A DNA stretch of 64,000 nt from Dehalococcoidia bacterium. Lineage in GTDB: Bacteria > Chloroflexota > Dehalococcoidia > Lucifugimonadales > UBA3495. Shown here in pieces: positions 1 to 12,110 of this stretch; positions within the stretch are counted from its first letter, which is position 1; each line of letters begins with the position of its first letter. The DNA lies in assembly GCA_965232835.1 (NCBI GenBank), contig OZ247426.1, positions 1,628,974-1,692,973 on the forward strand, read 5' to 3'. The notes below the pieces were generated by a model that saw only the letters and a program-made list of their open reading frames with translations, had not been told where the DNA came from and did not search any database. The translations under genes and the position numbers were made by a program.

Positions 1-861
1 GGCCAGTCGGCGTCGGTTTGGGGCAGTTTCCTGCAGGACCCGCAGAGCCAGCAGGGAGCGGACCATATCCAGGTCTGCGGCGGGGTCCCAGACGGGCCAG
101 GTAAAGAAGGCATCGCGGCTGCGATTTCCGGAGAACCCGGTGGTGATGGCCGTGCTGCGCACGGGCATTACCGGGAATAGGGGGAGTGCCTCAAAGGCCA
201 GGCGGTTGGCGCCCCACTCGGTCCTGGGTTGCTCGCCCGACGCCGTCGGGTCGCGCCACCTGTGGGCATAGCGGCGGTCGTCCTCCGGGTCCCAGCGCAG
301 CGACAGGCGGGAGTCGCCCCGTTTCCACGGAGCAAACAGACACTTACGGAGATGATCCCGGGTGGTTTTCTGCGCAAGGTCGCGCATGGATCTGAGGAAC
401 TGTGTCTGTCCGGCTCCCAGAGTGCGGAAGGCAGTTTCCTGAGTCTGCCCCTTCCGGTCGGCGGACTGGGCGGAGTCGCAGCCGAAGGCCGCGATGAAAT
501 CCGCCGCTGCCCGTGATTCGGGGGCCGAGTCCGCAGCTTCCGCAGCGCTCAGTGCGTGGCCGCGGAACGCATCCGCGGGGACCGGAAGGTTGTCTCCGAT
601 TTCCAGGGCGTCATGCCCCGGTCGCATCCTCAAGAAACTCTCCAGCCCGTCCAGCGCCTGTTCCTCAGTGGGTTGGCCGCCGGCGGCGTGCAGCATGGGA
701 CGCCAGGTATCCCGCAGGGTCCAGGAGAGGCTGACCGGACGATCCGGCCAGGTCAGTGTGAGACCCCGGAGTACCCCCAGGGCCGCCAGGAAGGCCAGCG
801 GGTTGGCCCCGTCCAGTCCTGGCATGAGCAGGCCGCCATGGGGATGTTCAAGTTCGGTCAT
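1..861 (-). CDS. Csx17/Cas8u-like large subunit of a type I-G (I-U) CRISPR-Cas effector, N-terminal 287 codons; the gene runs off the window
   Basis: Not in the ORF track because no stop lies inside the window. Manual translation of the minus strand from ATG 861..859 is open for all 287 codons down to position 1: MTELEHPHGGLLMPGLDGANPLAFLAALGVLRGLTLTWPDRPVSLSW... The start overlaps the cas3 stop at 858..860 (ATGA). The G-x-NPLA-x-L-x-ALGVLR N-terminus and the position next to cas3 fit Csx17/Cas8u. Confidence 0.55.
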   Translation of the reverse strand, partial: MTELEHPHGGLLMPGLDGANPLAFLAALGVLRGLTLTWPDRPVSLSWTLRDTWRPMLHAAGGQPTEEQALDGLESFLRMRPGHDALEIGDNLPVPADAFRGHALSAAEAADSAPESRAAADFIAAFGCDSAQSADRKGQTQETAFRTLGAGQTQFLRSMRDLAQKTTRDHLRKCLFAPWKRGDSRLSLRWDPEDDRRYAHRWRDPTASGEQPRTEWGANRLAFEALPLFPVMPVRSTAITTGFSGNRSRDAFFTWPVWDPAADLDMVRSLLALRVLQETAPNRRRLA

Positions 862-3800
862 GCTCCCTCTCCTGACTGCTTGTCACGGGTTTTCTGCTCG
901 TCTTCGCTGCAGCGGTGGTCGGCCAGACGCATCAGCGCCTCCAGCCAAGCGAGGCCCCACCACCCGTACCGGCGGACCAGCCGCCAGAAGCGTTCCGGCA
1001 CGCCGCTGTCCAGCCGTTCGAGCCCGGTGGCGCTGCAGGCCGACATGTGATGGCCAAAGGTTGCGTGTTCCACGTGGACCGGTTCATCGTCCGACACCAC
1101 CGGAGCGAAGGGGCGGCAGAACCCGTGGTGGCTGGCCACCAGGTGAAGCACCAGTTCTGGGTCGTGGGCCGACCGCAGCATACCGGGGACGCTCTCAATC
1201 AGCCGGACGGAGAGGAGCTCGTGTCGGCCTGCCACGGGATACCCGCTCTCCCGGCGGGCACGCCGTACTTCTCCCCGGCCGGTGGGCAGGGCGTCAGATT
1301 TTGCGAGGAGCAAACCGGCGGTCCGGGCCGTCCACGGATTGCCGCCGTAGAGCATGGCCTGGAACCTGGGGTCTGATTTGCCCACATCGTGCAGACGGGC
1401 GGCAAGAGCCAGATCATCAGTCAGGAAAGCCGGGAGGCCGGCTCCCGCTGCGAAGTTCCTGGTCCACTCTTCAACGCCATGCAGGTGATCTTCCAAGGGC
1501 ACCCGCACCGTGGCCGAATAGGAATCGTCCTCGCTGGTGGGAGTTGAGGCCGAGACCAGGTACTGCTGTACACGGCGGGATCCCTGTAGCACGAAACCCG
1601 CACCGGTCTCCTCATCATCGCGACCGGGATAGGGAGTCACCCTGGGACGGCGACGGCTACCGTATTCCCCGGCCAGGGCGTGGGCTGCGTCCTTCAGCCA
1701 CTGCCATTGGGGTGCGGCGTCAATTTCCGAAGCCAGCCTTTCGAAGGCTGCCGGGATTTCCGACTCCAGTTCCTCCCAGTCCTCGGAGGAGGCCCGGGTC
1801 CGGGCAGCCTTTTCGAAGAACGTCCGCGCCGGCACTTCCGGCCATTGTGCCACCGTTCGGGAGTGGATGCGCAGGAGCGGTTTGGCCTTGGCCTGAAGGT
1901 GGGCTCGGTCCCCGAGGTCGATGACCGGCTCGCCGTTGTCGGGGCCTGGTGGTATGTGCCCGAAGACCTCGAAGCCCCCCTGATCAGCGGGAATTACGAC
2001 GGTATCGCCGGGGCGCAGGTCTCTGAGTTCCGTTTGACCGACGATAAGATAGCTCTCTTCCGGTCCGCGCCAGCACAGGACCTTGCGTCGGACCTGGCGG
2101 TCATTCCTCGGATCTCCTTCGGTGGGAGCAGGGTTGCCCTCCAGGTCGCTGTCGTCGACACTGGAGTTGATCCCGGATCCTTCGAACCAGCGACGAAGGA
2201 CGTGAATGGGCGTCGCGATGCACTCCGAGGATACGGGCGGGCAGAGGCTCACGACGTCGACCTGCCGGCCTTCGTTCATGTCTCCCTGTAGATCGGCCCG
2301 CCAGCAGACCTGCGCCTCCGGCGCGCCGCGGTGTGGGCCGTGCAGAAACAGGGAAATTTCCGGATCAGGCGACGGTGCGGGCGAGGTCTGCACCCAGGCG
2401 TCGACGTGGGCCGGCAGCATCACTGGGGCGTCCGCCGCCCGCTGCCGCAGCCTGTCCAGCTCCTCCGGATCATCGGGAAGGGTCTCGTCCATGGCGGCGT
2501 ATCCGAAGTCGAACCAGCCCCCATCGGCTCTCTCCTTGAGCCACTGCCACGTCTCCGCCAGGGCCGTGCCGTAAATTGGATCGTCACCCGTTCTGGTCTT
2601 GGGATCGGTCTGGTCAGCCCGAACGACGATTGTGGCCCGCGCTTCTACGTTGTCCCGCCCACCCCGGTTCAAGCGTCCGAAGCGTTGCCGCAGGGCGTCG
2701 AGACTGGCGCACTCGGTGACCAGGCCGTCGAAGTCCAGGTCTGCGCCAACCTCCAGGCACTGTGTGGCGACGACGAAACGTGGAAGTCCATTCCCTGGGT
2801 CCGGTTCTGCCGGATGGCCCTTCGCGGGCTGCGACACCACCTTCTGCCGGGATCCGGTCTTCAGGGACTCGAGATGCCGTACAGTGTCGTCCCGGTCAAG
2901 TGCCCTCATCCGTCCGGTGAGCAGGATGGCGTCCTGTCCGGCAGCGGCCAACCGTTTATGGACCAGGCGCGCCGTGGCAACCCTGTTGACCATTATCCCT
3001 ATGGCCCGGCGCTGGTCATTCACCAGCTTTACGGCTTCCTCCGCGATCCGCACAGACAGGTGCTGCAGTACGTCATCGCCTCTGGTGTCCCCGGCAACGA
3101 CCAGGCTGGTCGGCTTGGCAGCCTTTATGCGGAGGCCCAGGACCGGGTGGTTGTAGTCTTCGGCCGCGGCGGTGAAGGTTCCACTGACGCCCGGTGGGGG
3201 GGTGGCTGACACCAGTGTCAGGTGGAAGGGAACGCTGCCGGGCTGTAGAGCCCAACTGCGATACCGCTGCACTGCGGTCACAGTCTGGCGGAAGGGATTG
3301 GCGCAGTGGGCTTCGTCCAGGAATACCAGTGCATCGTTGGCGGCAAGCCCGGCATGTACGGGCCGCATGCCAGTGCTGGTCCCGTAGCCGCGGAACAACA
3401 GCCTGGAGGCGAACTGGTCAACCGTGGTGACAACCACGGTGGGCTGAAGGGGCGACCGGGCCCAGGCGTCATCGCGGTACATCCCGCCGCGGAGTTGAAA
3501 GCACGCCAGTGGAGGCTCGTCGGGGCTGGGATCCCCGGCCAGCAGCCGCAGCCGGCCAGCCACCTCCTCCAGGATTCCGCCCTGGGCTTGATGCAATTGA
3601 CGCGCCAGTTCCCGGGACCGCTCGAAGGTGGCATCGACTATCACGCGGCGGTCCACCACGAAGAATATGCGGCGGGGAGCTGTGCGATCAGCCGGGAGAA
3701 GGTCAGCCTGGCAGGCCAGGGCGAAGACCGCCATGTCAATGCAGGCGGTCTTGCCGGCTGACGTGGGCAGCGCCAGTGCCTCCGGCCAGGGGGCGACGCC

Positions 3801-3911
3801 CCCTCGAGCATCTGCGACCCGGCGGGCCAGCCGTTCCTGCCAGGGGAATGGTCCATATCCGTATAGGGCCTGGAAGAAATCGGCAAACTGTCCTGAAGTC
3901 AACTCGCTCAT
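858..3911 (-). CDS. cas3: Cas3 helicase-nuclease, type I-U/I-G layout (helicase N-terminal, HD domain C-terminal)
   Basis: ORF track 858..3932. Walker A PTSAGKTA, DEAH box FLDEAH, a helicase C region, and C-terminal HD motifs (LHDVGKSDPRFQ, VASHHG). The ATG at 3911 overlaps the csb2 stop (TAATG) and is preferred over the track start at 3932. Confidence 0.85.
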   Translation of the reverse strand: MSELTSGQFADFFQALYGYGPFPWQERLARRVADARGGVAPWPEALALPTSAGKTACIDMAVFALACQADLLPADRTAPRRIFFVVDRRVIVDATFERSRELARQLHQAQGGILEEVAGRLRLLAGDPSPDEPPLACFQLRGGMYRDDAWARSPLQPTVVVTTVDQFASRLLFRGYGTSTGMRPVHAGLAANDALVFLDEAHCANPFRQTVTAVQRYRSWALQPGSVPFHLTLVSATPPPGVSGTFTAAAEDYNHPVLGLRIKAAKPTSLVVAGDTRGDDVLQHLSVRIAEEAVKLVNDQRRAIGIMVNRVATARLVHKRLAAAGQDAILLTGRMRALDRDDTVRHLESLKTGSRQKVVSQPAKGHPAEPDPGNGLPRFVVATQCLEVGADLDFDGLVTECASLDALRQRFGRLNRGGRDNVEARATIVVRADQTDPKTRTGDDPIYGTALAETWQWLKERADGGWFDFGYAAMDETLPDDPEELDRLRQRAADAPVMLPAHVDAWVQTSPAPSPDPEISLFLHGPHRGAPEAQVCWRADLQGDMNEGRQVDVVSLCPPVSSECIATPIHVLRRWFEGSGINSSVDDSDLEGNPAPTEGDPRNDRQVRRKVLCWRGPEESYLIVGQTELRDLRPGDTVVIPADQGGFEVFGHIPPGPDNGEPVIDLGDRAHLQAKAKPLLRIHSRTVAQWPEVPARTFFEKAARTRASSEDWEELESEIPAAFERLASEIDAAPQWQWLKDAAHALAGEYGSRRRPRVTPYPGRDDEETGAGFVLQGSRRVQQYLVSASTPTSEDDSYSATVRVPLEDHLHGVEEWTRNFAAGAGLPAFLTDDLALAARLHDVGKSDPRFQAMLYGGNPWTARTAGLLLAKSDALPTGRGEVRRARRESGYPVAGRHELLSVRLIESVPGMLRSAHDPELVLHLVASHHGFCRPFAPVVSDDEPVHVEHATFGHHMSACSATGLERLDSGVPERFWRLVRRYGWWGLAWLEALMRLADHRCSEDEQKTRDKQSGEGA

Positions 3912-5370
3912 TACGGGTAGCCCCCTTCCCACCGGAGTGGCCGAAACATCCCATAGCCCCGGTAACGGCCAGCCCCCAGGATGACCGGGCCGGCCACCGG
4001 CTCGGCGAAGGTGACCACCGCATGCAGATGCTGCAGCCGTCCGTTGTCGGGCTTGCGGCGTATGCAGGGGAACGACCGGCTGTGGGGAACGCCCAGATGC
4101 AGGCTCACCTGACTGAGCATCACGTCCAGGGGGCGTGGCAGGCCAATCCTATCGCAGGCTTCCTCCACCATTCGGACTGCCTTGCCCTCTTGGTCGGGGG
4201 CCTTGGGATGGCGGTCGAAGGCGATGGGGGTAACCGTGGCCCACCTGCGGGCGGGGCCAGTCCATGTCCGGGCCTGCAGGGCGGCCGTTGGCGAGTGCCC
4301 CTCATCCATCTGCAGACGCCAGTCGAAGTTGGCTCCGTCGTAGACATGGACTTGGCGTGGGGATCCGTCTGTTTCTAAGCCCAGGACCGGGTTGAGGCAC
4401 CGACCCACTTCGGCCTGCTCAACGTGCCTCGGTACGGCCAGGGCGAAGCCAAGCAGGTGGCCGTCGGCGTGTTGACTGCCGACAAAAGGTAGGGGCAGAT
4501 AGGCGAGATGGGGCATCTGGGAGGGCCAACCGTCCCCGGTATGGCCACTGACCCATTCCGGGACCGGTTCGGGGCAGTGCTTGACCACCGCGTTGCGCAA
4601 TTTCTCGCCGAGCATCAATGTGCTTTCCAGGCCCATCCTCCTTCCCTGTACCCGTCTCAGCGCCAGCAGGCGTTCGTGAAAGACGCCGTGAGGCGTCGGC
4701 GGCGGGTTTTCCGGTTGTGGCGGCGAGTAGGCGACCCACCGTGATCGCTCGGGTCTACGATTGCTCTGGTGCTGGGCCGTCAGGTGATCCAGCCGGCCGG
4801 GACCGGATACCCGCAGCGGACGCTGGGCCACTCCTTCATCCGGTACCAGGTCGGGCTGGGGTGGGGCGTCTTCCACCCAGGCCTGGACCAGAGAAGCCGA
4901 GTGCCCCACCCGGATTACCTTGCTGCAGAGGGACTCCAGTCCACTCCGAACCCCGGACGGAGGGTCGGATGGCCAAGCCAGGTACACCGTGGGGTCCCGA
5001 GGAATGGCCACCGGAAACTGCCGGGCCTGCCGGGAGCGGTTCTCAGGAAGAAGTTGCAGTCCGGCGCGAACCTGCTGAGCCGAAGGTGTCCTGCCTGCCC
5101 TGCGATTGAGGGTGGGAGAGTCATTGACCGGAACGTAAGTGGTCACCGTCTCTCGTCGCGTTGCTTCGCTGGCGTGGATACTGGGAGCTCCCTCCTGTTC
5201 CAGCCACAGTAAAGCCTCCATTTCCGTGTCGTCGCCATTGGTCTCGAAATGGGCGTCGGCCAGTGCCATGAAGATGCGGTCCGGATGGGGCGGCCACTCG
5301 GGGCGGTTCCGGTCGGCGGAGTCGGTGGCCATTGACCACCCGGTAAGGTAGCGTATGCCGATGGCAATCA

Positions 5371-5371
<1 letters not shown>
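3911..5371 (-). CDS. csb2: Csb2 (Cas5-Cas6 fusion, GSU0054 family)
   Basis: 486-aa ORF. The N-terminus MIAIGIRYLTGWSMATD...EWPPHPDRIFMALADAH resembles Csb2. The GTG start overlaps the csb1 stop (TAGTG), and the gene sits between csb1 and cas3. Confidence 0.75.
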
Positions 5372-6567
<1,196 letters not shown>

Positions 6568-6607
6568 GGCGTCAATCCTCCATTTGTTAGAATCGGTTTC
6601 GGCAGCA

Positions 6608-6784
6608 TCAGGCTGTGCGGGTGTGTGGCAGTAATCTAGGACGAACGCCGCCCGTTCTCAGGAATTTGACATGGGCTATGAGGGCGTCCAGATCCGTGCA
6701 GGACATCCGACCGGAAGCAGCGGCTTTCAGCAACAGTTCGTCGGCGACATCGTTCGTGGGAGGATGGGGAGGGGGCGGGTTCAT
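6608..6784 (-). CDS. small hypothetical protein (58 aa), first ORF of the cas operon
   Basis: Below the track cutoff, so translated manually: MNPPPPHPPTNDVADELLLKAAASGRMSCTDLDALIAHVKFLRTGGVRPRLLPHTRTA. It ends 41 nt before the csb1 start and is preceded by an AT-rich promoter-like region. No homology recognised. Confidence 0.3.
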   Translation of the reverse strand: MNPPPPHPPTNDVADELLLKAAASGRMSCTDLDALIAHVKFLRTGGVRPRLLPHTRTA

Positions 6785-6795
6785 TGTTCAACTTC

Positions 6796-6860
6796 TTGCT
6801 ACCCATTGCTACCCAACAAATCTACAAGTATTATAATAAATTCCTATGAACTGATTTCAA
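6796..6860 (-). promoter_or_regulatory. candidate sigma70-type promoter plus tandem 10-bp operator-like repeat upstream of the cas operon
   Basis: On the minus strand, TTGAAA (6860..6855) is followed after 19 nt by TATAAT (6835..6830). A perfect tandem TTGCTACCCA x2 (6796..6815) lies between this promoter and the ATG at 6784. This is the only AT-rich stretch upstream of the operon. Confidence 0.35.
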
Positions 6861-7564
6861 TCTATATGATACCCACGACTCATGTCAACCTCGCTGTAGT
6901 ACTATATGCCTCAATGTCGTCTTAGCATTTCCGCTGCGGCCCAATTGAAGGATAGGCATTTAGTATTAGACGCACAGTTCCTAGTGCGTTTCCATCGCCG
7001 AAAGGCGGTGGCCCCATTGGCGATCAGTCTCAGAGCACACCTTGCCTTGGAAAGGCGCTCGACAAAAATATTCCTGCTCGCTCCGCTTTGGCAGCGGTGC
7101 CGGCGCACTTGGGGATTCTGTTTAGTGGCCCTAAAATTCGCGGGGCACACCCGCATTCCCCACGGTAAAGGCGTTCATTGGGATTTCGGTGAATTTCGCC
7201 ACTTCTTTGCCATGATCACACATTGTGTTCGGGGTTAGGCCGAGAAGAAAATCTCGGAAATGGGAACCTCATCGTCATTCTTCTCGCGCCCGATTAGCTC
7301 CGCTGGTAAATGTAGGCTTATGCCATATGCTGGGACTGAGGTGGAGTTCATTATTCGGACAGGCTGGGAGGCTGGATTGCGCAAGGTCGAGTTTACCTTG
7401 ATCATTAAACGACCTCACAACCCCATCCACATCTCAAATACGGTACTGCCTACCGTCAAGTCAGGCCCACCAAACTGGATAAAATCAAGAACTTTTCACA
7501 TCAGATTCCCGGTGAAGGTGTAACTGGGCCGTTTCTCCGACTACACCCGAAGGAAGATGCTGCC

Positions 7565-7597
7565 AGCCCCTGTCTTGTGAACAGGGGCTTTCCTTTG
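7565..7597 (+). terminator. intrinsic terminator-like hairpin
   Basis: Stem AGCCCCTGT, loop cttgtga, stem ACAGGGGCT, followed by TTCCTTTGG. Confidence 0.45.
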
Positions 7598-7635
7598 GTG
7601 ATTCTGGTGCCTGATCTTGCCGAATTGGCAACTTA

Positions 7636-8720
7636 TTGCTGGGGTTGCGGCTATATGAGACGCCTTTCGACATTTCCCACTCCTTCCCGACAGCAACAGG
7701 CTCCTTTGGTTTAGAGGCAGAACTCTCACATAGCCACCTTTACGAAATTCCGGGTCCACCTCAGGAGCAACCCACCTTTGCCGAATTGGAATACCAGGGG
7801 AAGAAGCGCAAGACCCGTCGGGAGCTGTTCCTGGAGCGGATGGACGGACTGATTCCCTGGCGGAATCTGGAGGAGCGCATCTGGCCCTGCTACCCCCAAG
7901 CCGGCGGGGCCGCTATCCCTACCCATTGCCGGTGATGCTGCGCATACACTGCGTGCAGCTGTTCTACAACCTCAGTGACCCGGGCATGGAGGACTTGCTC
8001 TACGAGTCCGACCCGGTGCGGCGGTTCGTGGGGCTGAAGCTCACCGGCCCCCTGCCCGACGAGACCACCATCCTCCACTTCCGCCACCTGCTGGAGAAGC
8101 ACAACCTGGGGCAGGGCTTCCTGGAGGAGATCAACGCCCACCTGGAAAGCCAGGGGCTGAAGCTCAGGGAGGGAACCATCGTGGACGCCACCATCATTGA
8201 AGCGCCGTCATCCACCAAGAACCGGAACCAGGCGCGGGACCCAGAGATGCATCAGACCAGGAAGGGGAACCAGTGGCATTTCGGGATGAAGGCCCACATC
8301 GGCGTGGACTCGGATACCGGAATAGTCCACAGCATGAGCGCCACGGCGGCCAACGTCCATGACGTGACCGAGACGCGCCATCTGCTGCACGGGGGCGAGA
8401 AGGTGGTGTGGGGAGACGCTGGGTATCAGGGAGTTCACAAGAGGGAGGAGAACCTGGGGTTGGATGAGGAATGGCGGGTGTCGATGCGGCCGGGGAGGCG
8501 GCAGAGGCTGGAACCGGATAGCGCTGTAGCGCTGGTGGAGAAGGCGAAGGCGTCGGTGCGAGCCAAAGTGGAACATCCCTTCCAGAGACTGAAGCGCCAG
8601 TTCGGGTATTGGAAAGTACGCTACCGGGGGCTGGCGAAGAACACGGAGCGGCTGGCCCTGCTCTTCGGGTTGGGCAACCTGTTGACATCGGAAGGACAAC
8701 TGAGAGAACTGAGGGGGTAG
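7636..8720 (+). pseudogene. IS5-family DDE transposase, frameshifted
   Basis: The N-terminal part (TFAELEYQGKKRKTRRELFLERMDGLIPW, ORF 7636..7935) and the catalytic part (YPYPLPVMLRIHCVQLFYNLSDPGMEDLLY...DAGYQG, ORF 7926..8720) lie in different frames. They meet in the G-run near 7905..7925, consistent with a 1-nt indel. There is no canonical start inside the element. Confidence 0.7.
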
Positions 8721-8900
8721 TGTGCCCTGCGGCAACCTTCACCGGCCTTCTATCTCGTGACAAGCTACCAACCGCCCCGAAAAGGGAACGAAATGCCGAG
8801 GTTGGACGAAATCAGACCAGTCAGGGAAGGTGAATCTCGCCCCTTACCCATCGGTCAACCGTAATTCAGGCCACGATGGGCCTTGTTCAGAGTTTCCCTA
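7714..8900 (+). mobile_element. IS5-family insertion sequence, decayed; boundaries approximate
   Basis: Imperfect terminal inverted repeats: GAGGCAGAACTCTCACA (7714..7730) versus the reverse complement of TGTTCAGAGTTTCCCT (8884..8899). The size of about 1.19 kb fits the family, and it encloses the transposase reading frames. Confidence 0.55.
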
Positions 8901-8924
8901 GACGCGCCATCCTAGAGAGAGGCT

Positions 8925-11900
8925 TCAGCTCACATATGATGCCGGCGGGCTGAGGTCTATGGTAATTGCGGCCGCCAGTGCGTCCCTACGGTCTTCGGGA
9001 ACCTCACGGAGGATGAATTCCAGCAGGTCATCCTGGCGGGGCTGGCCGAAAACCATGCGGTAAACCGTCAATGCTTTTCTCAATGAGTCGATACGCGCCG
9101 CATCCCGCGACAGGGGTAAAACCGGTGTGTAGCGCTGGATGCGGGCATCCCCCCCAGTAAAAACCCAGTGAGGAACTCGACCGCCATCATCCTCAAAATG
9201 TTTGTCGGCCAGGTCATAGGCCAAGGTCCAGGGACTTTGGGGTTGGCCGTGGGAGATGCCAAATCGGACTTGCTCTGAAACACGACGTCCAAGTTTCTGA
9301 GCAATGTTCTTACGAATCGCGTGGCCGTGGTAACGATGAACACGTCCCTCGCGTTGCTCCAGGTCCACGGGATTGGAGGGGAGGTTCCAATGGACCACTG
9401 CATGGCAGTATCTGTGGAAGTCCAGACCTTCCTGACCTACTGACGTGGTGGCCAGCACGAAAGGCCAGAAGGGAGAGTTAAACGCGCCGCGTACGGCATC
9501 CACGTGTTCTCCCGCCTGAGGGTCGTAGCTTGTCGTGCGGTCATTTGCATAGCGGCGGGCAAAGTGCTGGCGCATGGGATATGTTTGCCTTTGTAGTCCG
9601 GAATTCCCTGAGGCCCATTCAACAACATCCAAACGTCCTGTCGCCAGTTGCAGCGCCTCGCATAACGCTGCAACCAGTTCCGAGCCGCCAGCCTCTCCTC
9701 TAGCTTCAAGCGTTACGTGAAAGAATTCGTCCAGAACGCCTGACAACCCGCCTTCCGCGCAATAAGCAAGCACCCGTTGCAAGTATGTAGACGTATTGAC
9801 CGGTATGAAAGGACTGTACAGGTTCTGCAATAAACCCTCGGACGTGGGAGACCGGAAGAAAGACCGAAACGCCCACGCCGCCCGTATAGCCTCCTGTTTC
9901 AGGTCATTGCTGGTGGTAGGCGTCCGCGTAACCCTCGAAAGTGCTCGTAACGATGCGTTGGCCGCCGAACTCAGCGCCAACAGCGCCAGCCTCTCCACCA
10001 GATCGTCGGGAGGCCTCCCCAGCGTTGACGGGTTGATCCGTGCATCGGCCAGACGACCAGAGACGTTGGATACCAGATCTCTCCATACCGAATGGTCTGC
10101 ATCATCGACATCGCTCGAGCGTTGTCTTCTCCCGGAGTATTCCACCAGCCACCGCAAGGAGTCCGGAGAAGCACTCTCCAAGAGGAGCGGAGCAACCGCG
10201 TACCATATGTTTTGAGATTGGCCAAAGGTGGGCGCGTTTCTGGTCAACGCATCAACCCGGGGTCGCAACCGCCCCGCGATGGCATCCAGTAGTTGGTCAA
10301 TACCGCCATGCGGGTACCGATATGGTTCGCCAGCTTCGGCCAACACTGCGGTTGGGACCAGCCAGGCGAACAGGGCGTAAGCATCCCGGGTCGCGGCCAA
10401 TCCGCGGGGTACGTACTGATCGGCCCTCACCTGATCAGGGATGTACCGGCGTTCAGCGTCATAACTTGCCAACACCGACACCGCCCTGGGAACCATAGTC
10501 CACGACGAGAAAACCAGCCGTTTGGTCACGGCGCTTGCCCGCGCAAAATCCGGTCCGAGTTCATGCCCAGCAAGCAACGGGGGCAACCAGAGCAAACTAT
10601 GGAAGCCACAATCCTGAAGATCGTTCAAGATTGTACGCATCCGCCCGTTGCCGCCGCCTACCTCAGAGCGCTCTGCAGTGGAACGTCGGGGCAATTGCAA
10701 TCCTGCCCCACTTTCAATCAGCTGCGCTACCTCTCCGCGTGGTGTGTTCGAAACGGCCCTCTGAACATGGTCCGCGAGGCGATACTGCTCCATGAAGGAG
10801 AGCAGGTACGGTGTGGATTTCCAGTATTCCATGATCCCTGGCGAGTTGGTGGCGGCAGCAATGTCCCGCGCGCTTAAATAAGCTTCTACGTCGCTGGTCT
10901 CCAGTTCCACCGCCAATTCCTTGGTCGCCAACATTGGGTCTCCGACTAAGTCTGCACTACGTCGCTCTGTCCGGGACATGACGCGGCTTAGCTCCTGCTG
11001 AATCCGATCCCGATGGACTGTGAGCCGATTGGTTGCATCTATGCCAAAATTTCCTGATCCCGCCACCCGGGGCAGCTCTGAACGAAACTGGCGCAACGCT
11101 TCCTCTAAAGGTTCCACGGACTCCTCGGGTCCCTGGAGGAAATCAACGGTGTCCAGGAAGTCCCTGTAGTGGTCGTCGTCCAGTTCGTGGCTGGCCGTGT
11201 ACATCTTGTAAGGCGTAGCGGAGAGCAGCATCGTACGCACTTTCGTGTGACTGTCTTCATACTCAAACAGGTGCTGCGCCAGTTCGCCGCTCTCGGTCGT
11301 TGGGCTAAGGAGCTCCCTGAATCTTTGAAACTCGTCCAAAATGACTAGGTCAGGCTCCAGAGCGTTCAGGCAGGACTCTGCCAAGAGCCTCCGTAGCGAA
11401 GACACAAAGTAGCGACGATGGGCCAGTATTTCTCCTGTCCGCCTCCCGCGAAGCTCCTCGCTCAGTACCAAGAACTCATTCCAAAGCTTGCCCCCACTGT
11501 CGCCTACCGCCTCAGCGAATCGCCGCATGATCCCGGCGTCGATTGGACGGGACGGTATCCAGCTTTCGTATTGGCGGAATCGCTCGACGGAGCTGATGCC
11601 ACCCAGAAACACCAGGCGGCGGTCCCGAACAATGTCTCCCCAAATCTGGCAAAGCATCCGGAACAGAATGATCCGTTCTTCGGCGATGCCCTCAGCGGAT
11701 GAGGAGTTGAATGACGTGCCCGGCGTCAGCGCGATCAGGTTAACCGGATTTTCCAGCGTCCTCAACCTGTAAGGCAGCAGGGTGATCCGAGAGGCCAGGG
11801 GTTCCGTCTCAATGCCCAAGAGCTGTTTGATGCGGTTGACATTCTGCCGCGCTATGGCCTGATTGGAACAGATATAGATGATGTCCACCCGGGGAGTGTT

Positions 11901-12110
11901 GATCGCCCTGAGGTGCTCCACCGCCAGACTGATCAGTCCGGCCGCCACAAGCGTTTTGCCAAGTCCCACCTCGTCCGCGATCAGGAAACGGCGAGTGCTG
12001 TCCGGAGCCTGGTACAGCCGTTGAAAGGCGTATTCCGCAGTCCGTTTCTGGAAATCTCTCAGCCTGCCCAGCACAGCCGAAGCCGAAACCAGGGTTCCTT
12101 GGTCCGTCAT
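8925..12110 (-). CDS. SNF2/DEAD-like superfamily-2 helicase (about 1061 aa), third gene of a defence-type operon
   Basis: Motif I ADEVGLGKT, motif II LDEFQRF, motifs V-VI QEGLDFH...WNLPSNPVDLEQREGRVHRYHGH. The ATG at 12110 overlaps the PLD gene stop (ATGA). The track start at 12146 is an alternative. Confidence 0.85.
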   Translation of the reverse strand: MTDQGTLVSASAVLGRLRDFQKRTAEYAFQRLYQAPDSTRRFLIADEVGLGKTLVAAGLISLAVEHLRAINTPRVDIIYICSNQAIARQNVNRIKQLLGIETEPLASRITLLPYRLRTLENPVNLIALTPGTSFNSSSAEGIAEERIILFRMLCQIWGDIVRDRRLVFLGGISSVERFRQYESWIPSRPIDAGIMRRFAEAVGDSGGKLWNEFLVLSEELRGRRTGEILAHRRYFVSSLRRLLAESCLNALEPDLVILDEFQRFRELLSPTTESGELAQHLFEYEDSHTKVRTMLLSATPYKMYTASHELDDDHYRDFLDTVDFLQGPEESVEPLEEALRQFRSELPRVAGSGNFGIDATNRLTVHRDRIQQELSRVMSRTERRSADLVGDPMLATKELAVELETSDVEAYLSARDIAAATNSPGIMEYWKSTPYLLSFMEQYRLADHVQRAVSNTPRGEVAQLIESGAGLQLPRRSTAERSEVGGGNGRMRTILNDLQDCGFHSLLWLPPLLAGHELGPDFARASAVTKRLVFSSWTMVPRAVSVLASYDAERRYIPDQVRADQYVPRGLAATRDAYALFAWLVPTAVLAEAGEPYRYPHGGIDQLLDAIAGRLRPRVDALTRNAPTFGQSQNIWYAVAPLLLESASPDSLRWLVEYSGRRQRSSDVDDADHSVWRDLVSNVSGRLADARINPSTLGRPPDDLVERLALLALSSAANASLRALSRVTRTPTTSNDLKQEAIRAAWAFRSFFRSPTSEGLLQNLYSPFIPVNTSTYLQRVLAYCAEGGLSGVLDEFFHVTLEARGEAGGSELVAALCEALQLATGRLDVVEWASGNSGLQRQTYPMRQHFARRYANDRTTSYDPQAGEHVDAVRGAFNSPFWPFVLATTSVGQEGLDFHRYCHAVVHWNLPSNPVDLEQREGRVHRYHGHAIRKNIAQKLGRRVSEQVRFGISHGQPQSPWTLAYDLADKHFEDDGGRVPHWVFTGGDARIQRYTPVLPLSRDAARIDSLRKALTVYRMVFGQPRQDDLLEFILREVPEDRRDALAAAITIDLSPPASYVS

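Noticed and set aside
494-1924. Long plus-strand ORFs antisense to csx17-like and cas3 (494..1924, 2331..3209, 3509..4378 and others). Similar long antisense ORFs include 25844..27712, 31071..32681, 28191..29393, 39122..40180, 59641..60684 and 60769..62007.
   Set aside because: They are Arg/Pro/Gly-rich low-complexity translations lying exactly opposite genes with strong motif support. These are typical shadow ORFs of high-GC DNA.
6900-7540. Possible coding or leader function of the AT-rich stretch between the cas promoter and IS5 (ORFs 6906..7238, 6911..7156, 7260..7523).
   Set aside because: The ORFs overlap on both strands and have no RBS or motif support. Translations in several frames are broken by stops, which suggests a decayed foreign fragment. 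Only the hairpin at 7565..7597 is reported.
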